Positions 34,155 to 48,200 of a DNA stretch of 64,000 nucleotides are shown here, piece by piece; the stretch's first letter is position 1; the number at the start of each line of letters is the position of its first letter. The translations under genes and the position numbers were made by a program. Under the pieces are notes generated by a model. It made no database searches. It had not been told where the DNA came from and saw only the letters and a list, made by a program, of their open reading frames with translations. The DNA is taken from contig OZ287070.1 of NCBI GenBank assembly GCA_965645245.1, positions 496,001 through 560,000 on the forward strand. Direction: 5' to 3'. This DNA comes from Massalongia carnosa (Eukaryota).

Positions 34155-36580
34155 ATTCGAACGATCTGAAGCACAATTGATCAGCGGCCCCTGAACCCAT
34201 GGACCTTGGAGATAAAATATACCTCTAATTTATATTTGAACAACGGTGCGATAATATATAGAGAGATTTTAGGTTTACTCGTCCAGAAAGTTATTCTAAC
34301 TTGTAGAGGAAAACGATATTTTCTTTAAATGGAAAAATAATTAGGTGAGCTTTAAGGAGGGAAGTGACGCTCGTGGAGTTTCGCTATTTCCCAGAGAACA
34401 TGTGTTGCACGGAATTCACTGGGAACGCACAAAAAATACCGGTATCCCGGTAACTGGAACGGCCAGACGACCACAGAACATGGCGGACTCCCATGTGTCA
34501 ACATATCACATACCACAGCTAAGAACACCTAATGACTGGAAATGCTGAATATGATTGCAAACGATGCCATTCGCATAGTAAAGGCGATTTGAGGTCGTAT
34601 CCACAGATCCATGTTCTGACTTGATATTTCGGTTCCAAGATAATGTTGAGAGAACCGTTTCGGAAAAGCTGCATGATCTCGATCAGTCTTCTATATATCA
34701 TTATAGTACTCCTAATAGTCTTGAAAGTGGGAGTATTTGCCTACCCCGTGCAAAGTTAACTTCCTCGTGCTGTTCAATGTGGTGCCTCTATGAAGTAGAG
34801 TTAGCGGAACTTTCCATCCATAACTTTGTACCAATTTTTTCAAAGTGCAATGTAAGATACCTCTAAGCCCATAAGAGCTACAAAGTTTTTTTTTTGGGAC
34901 CCAACTATGCTCATCTGTGGCTCGAGCTTATGCAGAAGCGGTCTGGGTTGCAAAGTTGGGATCGTGGGCAGTCGCTTTGCCAAAGCTATATGAACATGCT
35001 GCACTGGCTTGAACACATTGCTTGTGGAGGATCGCTGTCTTGGTTGGGGCAACTGTATTTCGGTACCCACAGACCAATATTTCCCACCAAGGTGGCACAG
35101 TGCGGTACGAATCTTTGCTCCTCTAATAGTAATGATATAACCAACCCCAAAATAATCGAGATTTTGTGCTCCTCTTCGTCTTAGGGGCGATTGTACTCAG
35201 CCAAATTCTATTGACCACGCTAGACTCACAGCATGTGAGCTCGTCTTTTTTGATCACGGATCAATATTGGTTCCAAGGCTTTTGAGTCGGAGCTGGACAA
35301 GTAAACACTCTCAAGCTTGTAATAGCCAAAAGTTCTCTTGCGTGGACGTAGAGCTCTGTGGTACGCCAGTTTCGAGCCCTTGGAGGAATAAGGGCTAATA
35401 TTAAGGGCGTCAGGATGTTTCGGAGGCGAAGTACACCTATCTCATATTCAGAAGGAGATCGGGAGAAGCAGGCTAGGCGCCATCAGGAATGACCGAAGAA
35501 GCCTACCGTTCAAGTCACATTTGACTGTTTGCCACAAGTCGAACGTCAATGGAATTTTATAGCAAGGAAGGATGAGTCGGCACATATAGGCTGTCTGTTA
35601 CGAGTTTAGAACCATATTTATGGCCCGCAAAAGTAACAAGACTGAACCCTTAATAGGCAAATATCGCTTTGCGTTGCAGCTGTCGAAGGACTGAGCTTGT
35701 TGATTCTTGACTATAAAGATAGTTAAAAAGCAACCAAAATCTTCGTCATGCAGTGTTCTTCCCACTGGTTTGCACACGGTTAATATCAATGACAAATTTG
35801 GCAATTCCAGGTAACTATACCAATTACTAGGCGTAAATATATAGGGGAAGATACCTTTATAGCACTGATGAAGGAATTGGACATTTGGACAAGCAGCCCA
35901 TAGATGAGTGTCAAGACCTGAACAGCAATCTTGGGCTATTCACGTAATGTGATGGCAGAGGATTCTATCTGCAAGCCCTTAGGGTGTAGGTATTCAGTGT
36001 AGGACGAGAGCAATCGAAGGAGGCTTCAGACTCTATTACATGTAATAATGAGTGAAATGCAAATATACAAGTGGGTGACTGGTCCAGAGAGTATTATGGA
36101 GGTGATAGTGAAGGCAAGGCAATGGCTAATGGTTTGCAGAAGTGACGTTCGGCCCGTGCCGATGCTAACCAGGACTGCTTTTGCTGTTAGGGCAAGCAAG
36201 ACCGGGGCCATAAGTAGTTTGATACCTCCTATGATCGTTCCGATGAAAGGAATGTTCGAAAGAAACACGGGTTGCGTGATTATGGCTATTTAAAAACCAG
36301 TGATCACTCTGAGAAACAATCTTGGTTTGGTATCCAAGTCCCTTGGCATGATCTCGCAGATCGGGGGTATTTTGGAACATTATGCCATCAGTAGATCAGC
36401 TATTATGCTGGTCCAGCAACTTTGCGCCTAAGGACACGCCATCAAATTTCCATCAGACCCCAACGTGGTCATCTCCTAGCCAAGTGTGAGACATACAGGA
36501 AACCAGAATAGAACTTCAAGCGGTCCCGCGCCTGATGCTTGAGCAGCTGGCGTCAGAGCGATTGAGCGTAAACTAGTCAC

Positions 36581-37462
36581 TCATAACCTGCCAGAAAAAT
36601 GCTCTTTGGCATATTGTTCGCACGCCTGAATACGTCAATATAAAGGATTGCCGTCGAGCAAGATGGTGTACCTACTTTTGCCGGTTTTCCGACTTTTAAG
36701 CCAATGACCTTCCACTTACTTGACTCGTACTCCTTAATGGCTGCCAGTAAGGCAGCGCTCTGTCGGTTTCAATTAGCGGTAGCAAACCATGAAGGATCCA
36801 TTATGTAGTGCACACCTCATCCTCCGCAAAGTCAGCATAGTGCATATCCTGTGACGTGCTTAGTTCTAATGATCGTGTCTTATCTGATTGGTCTGGTAAC
36901 TCTACCTTGTACCAATGCTTCTTCACACTTCCTTCGGTCCGATTTGGAAACGTCTTTTGGCCCTACGTTAGCTAACAGCCTCGGCATGAATCACAGAATG
37001 CATCTATACTTTTGCTATTTCCCCCCAGCTATTTCCCGCATCTCTCATGGTCTTAAGGCGCTGTTCCTCTGCCGGAGTCCAGGGAGTGTTTGTTCTGCTT
37101 TTCTTTGGCGCACTGGTTGGTAACATAGTGTCTCCTAAGGGATCGTGTAGCTCCACCAATCCTCCCGGGTCTCCCAGCCCGGATGAAGACATTGATGATA
37201 AACCCGCCATCGTAGACATGGGTGGCGCTTTTCTTTTTCGTGAAGTGGGAGAAGATGTTTCCATCTGTGGCGCTAACATCATGTCCTCGGGCTGAGGATT
37301 GAAGGACATTTGAGGGAAAAGTGGTGGTTGTGATGACAAAGGCACTGGTGCCGTGGTCGATGGCGGTTGTTTCGCACCGCGCCTCGTGGACGAAGGAGAG
37401 CTTTGCAGATAAGCATGTTGGTCCAACTCAGCAGGGAGAACTCGATTGAGATAATTGAGCAT
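36581..37462 (-). CDS. Myb/SANT-like DNA-binding protein, five exons
   Basis: NTPWTPAEEQRLKTMRDAGNSWGEIAK / TFPNRTEGSVKKHWYK / DMHYADFAEDE / SAALLAAIKEYESSKWKVIGLKVGKPAK / ACEQYAKEHFSGRL*, joined by GT-AG introns. Confidence 0.9.
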
Positions 37463-38212
37463 AGAGGAGACGTTGTGGGTGGAACAAACAACGGTGAGCG
37501 AAAGGGTTCTTGGCACTCACGACATGACAGTGGCGTTATGCGGCGAACAAGTAGTCTGGAAAGGTTGTGGAAACTGGCGTCATCAGTGCGAACTTGTGGT
37601 CCTGATCAGATGATGAGAGATTTGGGCACGGTCAAACAACGAATACAAGTTTGGGATGATCAAGGAATTGATGACATTGTTACTCCGCCAATTTCTCTTG
37701 CCCTCCATAAATTGAAACTGTCAAGTCAACACCAGGATGCGAGAATGTGACATGGTTGGGGGAGGATAGGGCTTTGATTGGAGCAGGCGACACATGACCT
37801 TTTTTCATGCACAATCATCTCGACGACCTACCCTACAGCCTACTTGTCTAGGTACTGCCAGCAGCCAGCTGCCAGCAGCCAAAACGGAGTTTGTTTCGTA
37901 CATGGCGTGAACTGGTGGTTTTGGTAGTAGTACCTCGGCGTTGGGGGAAATGAAGGCAGAACTAAGGTATGAGATACTGACCGAAACGAGGCAAGTCACG
38001 AGGTGGGGTCTACGAGATGTCGAGCTAATGGTAAGGTACCGCGTACCAGCGTACAGAGCGGTACTGGCCGTACCTTTGTGCTGGGTCTGCCTACCTACGG
38101 AGTACGGAGAAGTCTGTACAGAGTACAGATTGCTCAGAAGACCGACCTCCCTATTCGGTATTTCCTCGTATTTTACTGCACAGAATGCGGGGTCGCTTGG
38201 TGAGAAGGTCAG

Positions 38213-38258
38213 AAATCCCAAATCCCAAATCCCAAATCCCAAATCCAAACCCAAACCC
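38213..38258. repeat. (AAATCCC)4 followed by AAATCC/AAACCC variants
   Basis: Read directly from the sequence. Confidence 0.9.
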
Positions 38259-40408
38259 ATCTCAAATCACATTTCGTCTCGTCCACCTTGATCTGGATAG
38301 TTGACGTTTTTCCAGTACTATCCACTCGGAAGCCACAAGGGAAGGGAAAGCAAAACATGGGTCGCTGCACTGGTTGCAGTGTGCTTTTCGAGTCCTTGCG
38401 TTCGATCAGCCAGAGAGACTCGATTGTTTGCTGCATCAACACTCAACGGTCTCTGATAAGCCAAGGATAAGGTTTTCTGCTTTCTGGCCATATGCAGATG
38501 ACGATGATGATACCTCATTAGGTATTCGATAGATCGGCAACTTTTTCAAATCAATTCTTCAACAAGGACTAATTCGAGGAAGTATCAACACAGCACTCTC
38601 TTGCACTCTCTTAGCTTGGAGAGCCGGTTCTTATAAGGTTCGGTACATGCCGAGAATTTCGCAAAGTGTCCCCAATTTGTATCTTTCGATGATGCCATGG
38701 TTCCTTCCGAGTTGGGTGTCTAGCTACGTACCTAGGTAGTATTCTTCAGTCTGAGTAGAGAATATTCACGAATACGCAAGCTAAGGCCATTTTCTCCCCT
38801 TCAACTCCGAAGCCAAAGTTTCATCTAACGTTCCGAGCGCACGTCATCCAAATTGGCCTCTCACCTATTCGCTCATCATCTGGGGTTTAGGGTCTTGAAT
38901 CCGATTAAGACGACGCTGACGACCAGATTTATGTTAAGCACACATGTGGCACTCGTTCGAGCAGATGGAAAACATCAAATGATTCATGAATTAGTCAAAA
39001 GCCATTTCAAAACCATGACACAAGCAATTGCATGGCTCATCCAGCCCTCTCCTTTTCATCCTCCAATCTTTTTCGCTCACTTGAAACGAGGCTACAGTAC
39101 GCCATCGTTCAGCACGTTTCAACATTATTCGCCTCGGGCTTAATTCAAGCCTTAAACTTGCAAAATTCTACCAGTCACAGTTGGTGCAAGTGCCGATCTT
39201 CCAACAGTTGTAAAGTTTATTAATCTGTCCAATTTCATCATTTAGGGTGAATCTTCGCTAATCATCTTGTCCATCAGGGGGTTTGATTGGTTCCAATTTG
39301 TCGCTTGTCAGCCACCATATTATTTATAAAAACCTACCCATAGAATTATGTAAGCAAGCACGCGTTTGAACGTGGAGTCGGTGATTATTGGTCTCCCTTT
39401 CGCCAAACTTGTCCAATGTTCCCAACTCCTACTCTGTACAGAATACATCTCGCTCATCCTCCCTCAGCCGTGTTGCACAAGATTATTTCAACGTTGAGTA
39501 TTGATTGATGAAACTCGAAAGCTTATCGCCGATTTCAATGCATCGCTTGCCTGTGGCTCCTTCAAACAGGCGTGAGGCGCGTGAAAAGTATCAACTAAAG
39601 TCTCGCGTAAAATATATGGGGGCTCTTTGGGGGCTCTTTGGGGGCTCTTTTGATCAATCTGATACACCAAGGGTTTGGACACTTCCATTCTTCGACATTC
39701 TCGGCGGCACCTGGCGAGATCTCCTCCAAGTATCGCCATTCAGACTCCCCATACTCCCATTGCTAAGCCGCTTTTGCATCCATGCCTTTTAGGTTTACCG
39801 CCACGAAGGTGCCGACGATGCCTTCCCGTGTGTGCGGCTTGCGTTTCGTGTACCTGGATTAGGAAACCTTGCATTTCTCCGGACTCCCAGACCAAGCGTA
39901 AGCACCTGCTTTTTGTCTTGACTTCTTCTCGACTGGTCAACTTTTCCAAGGGGCTCACCAGACGGGCCGTTCAACAGCCCTGAGGGTTTGGAAACGCGCA
40001 GAACGTCAGATCGCTCTCCAGAATCATGCAAGGACAGGGGGTTACTGTGCCCTACGAATGCTGCCGTCCCAGGAAGAATACAATAACCTCGCACCTTCCC
40101 TCTTCACCCACTCATCCACCATATCACCGCTGGGGTTTTCGGTGATCAACACTCGTCAGTCAATACTGTTCAGTAGCTCCGGTATACGTTCTTTACATTA
40201 TTTCCCACTGGCTGGGCTGCTCGACTCTCTTTGGTATTGATAATCATTATTTGATCTACAATTCCTCAAGCCTCACTCTCATTAGAATACTGAAACATTT
40301 TCTCCCTTTCTTGCCACCAATCAACTGTGTTGCAAAATTCTGAAATCTCTCCAATATATCCTTACTTTATCATTCATCGAGCCATCGAGCTTATCCGATC
40401 CTTTTAAA

Positions 40409-41368
40409 ATGTCTCACACTATCGACTCACCGATGCGGGAATCCCCCATGACATCCACCCCGCCGAATGTCCCAGGCATGATTGTCCAACGAAATAAGAA
40501 ATCCACCTCGACTGGCGGTGGACGAGCATGGTCTTCTGAAGAGGTAGGTAAAGACAGCTTGAGTATATGGTACCTCAAGCTAATTATGATTCAGGAAACG
40601 TATCTCATTGAAACCCGCACGCGCAAGATGCCTTATAAGCATATTGCGGCTCATCTTAAGAAAACCGAATTGGCCTGCCGCCTGCATTATCACCAACTCT
40701 CTTTTGGTAACAAACGTCATCGTCGAGCACCTTCCTCGTCTGCTGCCTCCCCCGACCCATCACCCTCGTCCCCGCCGACCATACACGTGGACATGATGCA
40801 ACAACGGCAGCTTCCACCCTTCAACCCGTCTTCCACTTCCGACCAGAATAGCCAGTACGTGGATAGAGTGTCCACCTCGCCTCAAAGTCATGTGCCCATC
40901 CTTCCCAAACCTATCCTAGCTCCTCACCGGGCGGGGCCACCACTGCGAGGCCTTCGCCTGATCACTGAAGACATTGAGCAATTTGAAGACCAAAAAGCCA
41001 TCAATATGAATCGGCTAAACCGCATATACAATACCCACCGCATACATTTCTGGTCCATGGTTGCCCGCAGCTATGGTGCAAACGTGTCTCCGTCCGCTCT
41101 CGAAGAAGCCTGGCGGAGTGAGTACGCACCGTCGCGGTCGGTGTTCCCACCCACGCCGTGCGGGAGTCCCGATAGCTCCAGATCCACGTCGTCCATCCTT
41201 CACCCTCCGTTCAGCTCGGTGGGAGAGTGCAGCCGAGGGTTCACAGCCGTCAACACGCCTCAGAGCACCAAATCGACCCCTGGCGCTGTTGAACGAAGCA
41301 GCTTTGCCATCTCTTCCCTGCTCACCGAAGATAAAGAAGTCAGAAGTCCGGCTCCGGATCGGAAGTGA
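40409..41368 (+). CDS. Myb-like transcription factor
   Basis: GRAWSSEE / ETYLIETRTRKMPYKHIAAHLKKTELACRLHYHQL; 51-nt intron 40544-40594; C-terminal SFAISSLL motif. Confidence 0.87.
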   Translation: MSHTIDSPMRESPMTSTPPNVPGMIVQRNKKSTSTGGGRAWSSEEVGKDSLSIWYLKLIMIQETYLIETRTRKMPYKHIAAHLKKTELACRLHYHQLSFGNKRHRRAPSSSAASPDPSPSSPPTIHVDMMQQRQLPPFNPSSTSDQNSQYVDRVSTSPQSHVPILPKPILAPHRAGPPLRGLRLITEDIEQFEDQKAINMNRLNRIYNTHRIHFWSMVARSYGANVSPSALEEAWRSEYAPSRSVFPPTPCGSPDSSRSTSSILHPPFSSVGECSRGFTAVNTPQSTKSTPGAVERSSFAISSLLTEDKEVRSPAPDRK

Positions 41369-44300
41369 TAGGGGTGTTCAGGGACGAGGGAAAACTAAAA
41401 TGGGTGTATTCTGATGGACGGTACCTTTTGTGGATTTTCACGGGAGTTCTGGCCATCCATGTGGGACGCCATTCGGGACGGGAAAAATGTCTCTGATGCC
41501 TGCATGAAGGGAGGGGGGAAATCCTCTACATCGTTCATGTCATTTGCCATTTTCGTGCCACCTGTAATTGTGCCACCGCCAGTTCTCTACGAATTGTCTG
41601 TATCTATTTATTCGTGCCTGCAATGGCGATACTGATTATTAATCGACCAAAATGTGTCTTTTAGAATCTAATATGCCGGCCTGGCCTTCCTAATCGAGCG
41701 GTGCCGGGTGCGCAAGCTTTTCCAACGGAATCCTTCCCATATGTCCCCTTCTGTATGCGCGTTCGTTATGTAGCAGGGACAGATCATGGCGATCGCGAAA
41801 GCATGAAAGCTTCGGAAACCGGACAGGCTAGATAACATCCCTCATCTGCCCATTTCATCCTCCGGGCTTTACCACATCAATAGCTCAATAATCTCAAGAC
41901 GATTGCGAGGTGTTTCCCTTTCGCCTTTGCTGGCTTGCTTCATGAATGAATACCGAGATTAACGTCATCAAGAAGCCGCGTTGCTAATTCAATTTAAACC
42001 CGAATAAGCTTCCGTCGACGCGTGACATAACGTGCGCCCGTCTCGCATTCAAATTGGATGAAAAATAAATGACCAAGTCCAGGAAGTAAAAGAAAGAAAG
42101 ACGAACAAAAATATCTCGTCCGACCTGCCTATTTGAGTTTAGCGCTCGCAGCCTTAGGTACCTTCCTACCTAGGGATCTGATAGGGAGGCCGAGGGAGGA
42201 GGGGTTCAGAAGATTAGGTAGGTACCTAACGGAGATGACGGCACGCTCGCGAACGCAGACGGGAACGTTTATACTACTTTTACACAGTATTTCATTCTAA
42301 GTAGGGAAGGAGGACCCATGAAATGGTAGATAATTTCTCGTCCCGTTTTACCTAGATATTTACTGTATGTTGGAGGGGAGGATGGAGGGAGGAGATCAGG
42401 GGAAGGAAGGGCTTAGGCTATAACTAGAGTAGTCTGTAGAGGAATTGGGTACGGAGTACTACTTACGTACCTGGGTATGGGAAATTTGTTTCATGCATGG
42501 TTGGAAGGGGGGAATGTTTTTAATTCAATCAAATGAGAGCAGGGGGGGGGCTATTTTTGGGATTAGGGAGGGGGGACAAGGGAACTCTTTGGGAAATGGG
42601 TTCGTCGGCTTTAGCTAACTAATTGAGTTAGTTCAAGTTCAGGACAGATAGGATCGACGATTTTTGTCGGTCTGGATCGATTGGAATCTTTCTTGGTTTG
42701 ATTTACTTTTCCGTCCTTGCCTTTTCAGAGGAAATCGCCAACATCAAGTATGTTCGTTCAATAACAATGGACTTTACGAAGTGTGTGTGCGTGGGCGGAT
42801 AGAGTGCTCGAGCGAGCGGTACGAATACGGCTCTCTCTTGACCAAGTCAAACTGTTGTGCCCCAACCCCCCATCGCTTAATCGATATACGGAGTAGTGAC
42901 CACCTGAATGATATATGCAATCATGAACGATCATAACCATTCATAATTGATCTATCCATCGCCTACATAATGCCTACCTTTCCCCAAAGAGCCAGAAGGA
43001 CTAATGACTTGTCCTTGCTTCCGCCCTCCCTCTCTTTTTCCCTAATTACTAGTTAGGGACCTTTCCCCATACCTATCTTCATAGGTATTCATGTTTTTTC
43101 CCTCATCCGATATTTCATCCAATGGAGAACAAAACAGCTTGGGCTGGGCGGGATTTTCTCAAGGATGACATGATGGAAAGTAGTTACTTCGGCCTAGTCG
43201 GTACGAGTTGAGGTGTTTTTTTTTTTAAAAAAAAAGAGGCAGCGGCGTTGGCGTTGGAAGACTAGACACAGATAGGCTCTATGTATGGATGGATATATGC
43301 GTGGAGGGGAGGTGAATGGGGAATGAGAGCTTTGATGCAAAAGAGAGTTTGCCGGGGAGGGTCGCGTCAGTCCTTTTTCTTGATGGGTGGATGGGGGCGA
43401 TGATGAATGGTCTACAGGAAGAGAGGTGGGGGAGAGAGTGGGTTTGCGAACGAGTTTGATGGTGGAGAGGGGGAGACGTGGTGGGGCAATTTCGTAATTT
43501 TCTTTTGCTTTCTTCTCTTTTCTATTTTGAGAAGGAAAAATGATAAGCGGAATTTTTCGTTGATTCAGATCTGCAAATAAGGATCTCTCGACAACGTCAA
43601 TAACACCCCCTTTCTTTAGCTTAGGTCTCAGTCTCATTTCCGGTTTCCAACTCTTCACCTTCTAAATCCCTTCGTTGATCGGGGGAAAGAGAATCTTCGA
43701 CGAAAGACGTCGACATGCTGAACCTTCAGTCTTTCGGGCTTTGTCGGTGCTACCATATACTTAACAAAGTTTCAAGGAGAGCCTACCTCGGTGAAGGAAA
43801 ACACGAAACAGCAGGTACGGATTCGGACTTGGGGGCGCAAAGGTACAGAAAATGTGGCTTGATGGGTTTTTGGATGTTGAGGGAACAGGCGATGGGAGGG
43901 GGAACGGTGAGGGGAGAACACGTGGGAGATTACGTTCTTGGCCGCAAGCAAAGCCTCTTTAATAATCACGAAGTCTAGCCACAATCCGAGTGATCCTTTG
44001 ACTTAGCTCTCTCTTCAGGTCTCCGGTTCTCAAGGCTGCTTTCTCGTTGGTAAGCCTTCATATAAACTCGTCTTCTTCTGAAAGGTCGGGGTATGAAACA
44101 ACCACACAGGATTCGGTGGCTGTTGAGTGTATAAGCAGCGGTTGTCGGTTTCAAAAGCGGCGAAAGAGTGTTGAAAGAGATGTCGAGGTAGAATGACGAG
44201 GGGAAGTGTTGAGTAAGTGTGAAAAGATGATGGGTTACGAGGTGTCAAGAGAAGTATGTCGAAACAAAAAACAAGATGAAGTGTTGAGCAAACCATTTCT

Positions 44301-46829
44301 CAAGGGTCAGGAGATAATTGGAGACAAAGATTTAACAGAGACAGAAAGATTAAATGGGTGTGAAGAAGAAGAGTATGCATATTCAAAATCCGTTGCTTTC
44401 ATGGATTAAAGGCAAAGGAGAAGCACATGTCTTCGAGGTTAGGCTCTACGGGTCAAGTTCGCAGATTCGGAAATAATAAATCTTACACATTCGAGCTTTC
44501 AGATGTCACCTTTTCTCCAAGACTTTTCAAGACAATATCATTCGTCATTCCTTCGCCGATTGTACAATACATCTAATGGTAAATCAGATTAATCCCGCGG
44601 TTCAGGAATTTCCTCGAGGCTTGCTCCATATATCTATTGTCGAGTGCGAAGAATTGATGAGCAATACAAGTACGACTTCCTAATTGATCCGAGAGCCAGA
44701 AACTGGCTACGTTTCTTCAGTTCACCCTTGCTCTTATCTTTTGCAAAGATATGGACAAAAAGTACAGGAGGCCCGAATTTGAATATCCTTTAAGGTACTC
44801 TCGAGATTGCCAATACCATCAAGAGGAAACGCTGATCGATCCATCCTCGTGACTAGCCTTTGAACCTCAATAAATAGAGAACATCAGTCCGAAGGATGGG
44901 GTTGTGGTGAAAACAACTCTCTATTTTTCTCCTTCATCAACGATCCTCCTGACGAACCCATGGGCGTATTGACCAAAACCTCAGCGACGGGAGCCCCGCT
45001 CGCCGCGGAGCAAAGGGGAGAAAAGAGCAGCATCAGGGAGGAGTTGTTGCAAATACTAGGCGGAGCGGAGCTAGGTTTCCGCGGTCTTTCGGTCCAGGCA
45101 GGTAAAATAAGGGGAAATGTATACTTTACGCCATTGCTATAATAACGGGGGGGCTTCCACCTACTTTAAATTCCTAGGTTTATCCGCCGTTCAGATCTTC
45201 GCTGGATAAGGAAGTCGGGTTAAGGCAAGAGATTCTCTCTGCGGAACAGCATTAAGCAGCCAAAGGAGCTGGTCCTGTGAACTGGGTTTCTCGTCATCGT
45301 ATTTGATCTTCGCTCTTTTTAAAAACCTGCCCTCTTTCTCTCTTCATAAAACCCCCACTTTTATTTATTATTATCTTCGTCAACAAAACCATTCTCCACC
45401 AAATCAAGCATACAGACTGCTCATTCCTTCGCGCGTTGCTTTCCCACTAGCTTTACAGGATGCTAATCCTTCAATTCCGAAAAATGCGTGGATCCTTGAA
45501 ACGTATGGCTGCCGTATCAACAAAAGCAGGAATGACATAAGTTCCGCGAAACTCGAAAGCTAAAAAGTCAAGAAACGCCGAGATCGAAATACATTTCCAT
45601 CTACTAAAATCCTTGAACCCCTTCCGCCTTTTCCCTATCCTCCCCATCCATATCCCTATCATTCAAGCATATCATCATCCTCAACCCCCCCCCCCTTCTG
45701 TTGGGCCTCTCATCAAAATCAAACGTTCTCTCTTTCCCCCTTCATCTGCGAAGAAAACCCCCAAAATCCAAGATATCCCATACCCGCCTTTCCCTTATAT
45801 GCACCTATACCTACATAACCCGGAACCCCGGTTCTCGAGAAGAAGTGAAAGAAGGTAAAAGAGAACAAGGTTTGAACGATTTTAAAAAAAAAAAGATGAT
45901 ATCAGTTAACAGAGAGAAGAATCTATTTTCTCCCTTCTCAAGAACCGAAAAAGTCCAGGTGAAGGACGGATCCCGTTCCTTGACGGCGTTTTTTCAATCG
46001 AACCCATTCTTTTTTATATCTTATTTGAAGATTCGTACTCCTCGTTTATTTTAGAGAAAAAATTTTTTCTTTCTTTCTTTCTTTCTTGATTTGTATATGT
46101 TTTTGTTTCTCCCCCCCCCCCCCCCCCTCGGTTCCTTGACAGACAGACGCGAGTTCATATTTCAAAGAAAGTTTAAGGGGGGAAGGATTAGATGAAACCG
46201 GAAATATCCACCTCCTTAGTTAAGAATCAAGCAAAGAAATCATCTTGCAAAAATTGAAAGAAATAAAAAAAACACAAACGGGGTCCCCTCGTTTCGATCA
46301 GATAAGGTAGAAACGAGTTAGGTTGAAAATTTGGGGGTTGATGCGTGAGACTCTGAAATGAGGAATCATTGTTCTTTTTCTTTCCCCCTCCCCCCTTCCC
46401 CCCAAAACGCTCCTGAATAGAGTAGATCCTGAGCAGTCAATGTAAAAAAAAAGCAGCCACACAACAAAACTAAAGGAGCAGAAATCGCCCATTCTCCGTT
46501 TGCATTTCTAAACGAGAAAGAATTGTAAGAATCCCCCTTCTCGAATCTCCTCTCTCTCACCCCTAGAGAAAACACCACAGATATCCCATACAATCATCCA
46601 CATCCCTCAACCTATCCAAAAACAAAAAAAAACAAAAAAAAACCACCTTTCCTTCCTTCCCTCCCTCCCTCCTCTCCCTGCACGCCGTTTCCGTATCCTC
46701 TCTTTCGATCTCCCAAAAAAAAACCGATGAAAGAATAAGCACCGATCCCAAGAGTTTTTGATGATGATGATGATGTATTCATACTCCGATATGTCACCGG
46801 CCGTAGGCCGGTGACATGCGGGCAAAGCT

Positions 46830-48200
46830 ATCTAAGTTATGTTACATGGAAACCCTTTTTCAGGTGTAAAAACCATATCCGTTGATACCTGTCCGATGTG
46901 ACACCGGGTCGACGTCGGACAGGAGACGCAGAGCGAAAATCATGTGAGAACTGTGACGCCTTGTGAGATGAGAAGGAAAAGAGAAGTGAAACTACTGTTA
47001 ATTGTGCAATAGTGTAGATGCCAGTGAGAATTGGGTCAGTAGACCTGTTTTCATTAGCCAAAGTAGTTAATATCTTTAGAGTTTTTGATGTTTCGGTCAG
47101 CTGTTGATAGTTGTTCGTGCCAGCGGCGCGAAACATCTGTTCTCTATTGTCAATAAGTCTACAGAACATAATTACGTGTTCTGGAGTTTGTCTGTGCCAG
47201 CCACATGGGCAGGCCCGGTGAGGTGACGGCGGGGACCCGTCGCTGGTAGAGGAAGTCAGCTAGACCGATCTTACCGGTGCGGATCTGTGTTGTCAGGGCG
47301 CTTTCTGCCTTTTTTAGCAGCGTGTGTATTTTCAGTCGTTTTTTGCTCAGTGGGACTGATTGGGCTATGGAAGGTTCGGTGACGCGATTTTGATATGCGC
47401 TCCACGAGTCGTTCCAGACTTTCAGCTGTCGTGCTTTAATTGTCTGCATTTGTTTTTGACGAGCCAACACTGCTACGGAGACTTCGCGGAGATGTGCTGG
47501 GGAGGGGTCGGACCATGGTGGGTGTGCTCTGGGTGGTTGAACGATTCAGTAGGTTTTTGGCCCAGGTGTGCTTCAGCTCTCACGGAGTGGATTTTTGAAG
47601 GCGTTTGCGACCTGCCTTGCCTCGGAGTTTGTTAACTATTTTGCTGCATGCGGAAGAAATGACCTTCGATTGACCTCCGGCTCGGAGTCGATGTCTGGCC
47701 TGCGCCTGTAGCGTGTCGAGGTGTACATCTAATGGGTGCTATGTATGTCTCTGCTTCAAGAACTGGAATGGGAGTGGCTTTAAAGGCACCGGCTATGGTG
47801 CGAAGGCAGTTGTTTTGCATAACGGAGAGCTTACTCGTTGATGTTTTTGACTTTTTGACTTCTTTGGGCATGTGCCATACGGTTGACCCGTATGTCATGA
47901 CCGGACGCACTACGGCGCTGTAAACTTGCCTTGCTTTGGTGAAGGTGGCACCCCAAGTCGATGTGGAGATTTTTGTCAATGCCATGGATTGTTTAACCAT
48001 TTTCTTTTGCGTTTTGCGAACGTGCGGTCCCCATTTCAATTTGGTGTCAATTTGCAAGCCTAAGACTCTAATGTCCGTTTTTGGTTCAATTTCGGTGCTT
48101 GCAGTGTTGATAGATGCAGCCATATTGAATCTTTGGGATTTCTAGACAAGTGAATGAGTTCGTACTTCGTCGGAGCGAATAGAGATCCGTGTCGGGCTCC
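46830..48200 (-). mobile_element. 5'-truncated Tad-like LINE (end of RT + CCHC knuckle), frameshifted
   Basis: FAPTKYELIHL, RVLGLQIDTKLKWGPH, STWG, VVRPVMTYGSTVW, IAGAFKATP, QIRTGKIGLADFL and CPCG..QTPEHVIMFC; boundaries approximate. Confidence 0.9.

Noticed and set aside
38213..38258. Interstitial telomere
   Set aside because: Unit is GGGATTT rather than TTAGGG, and only four copies.
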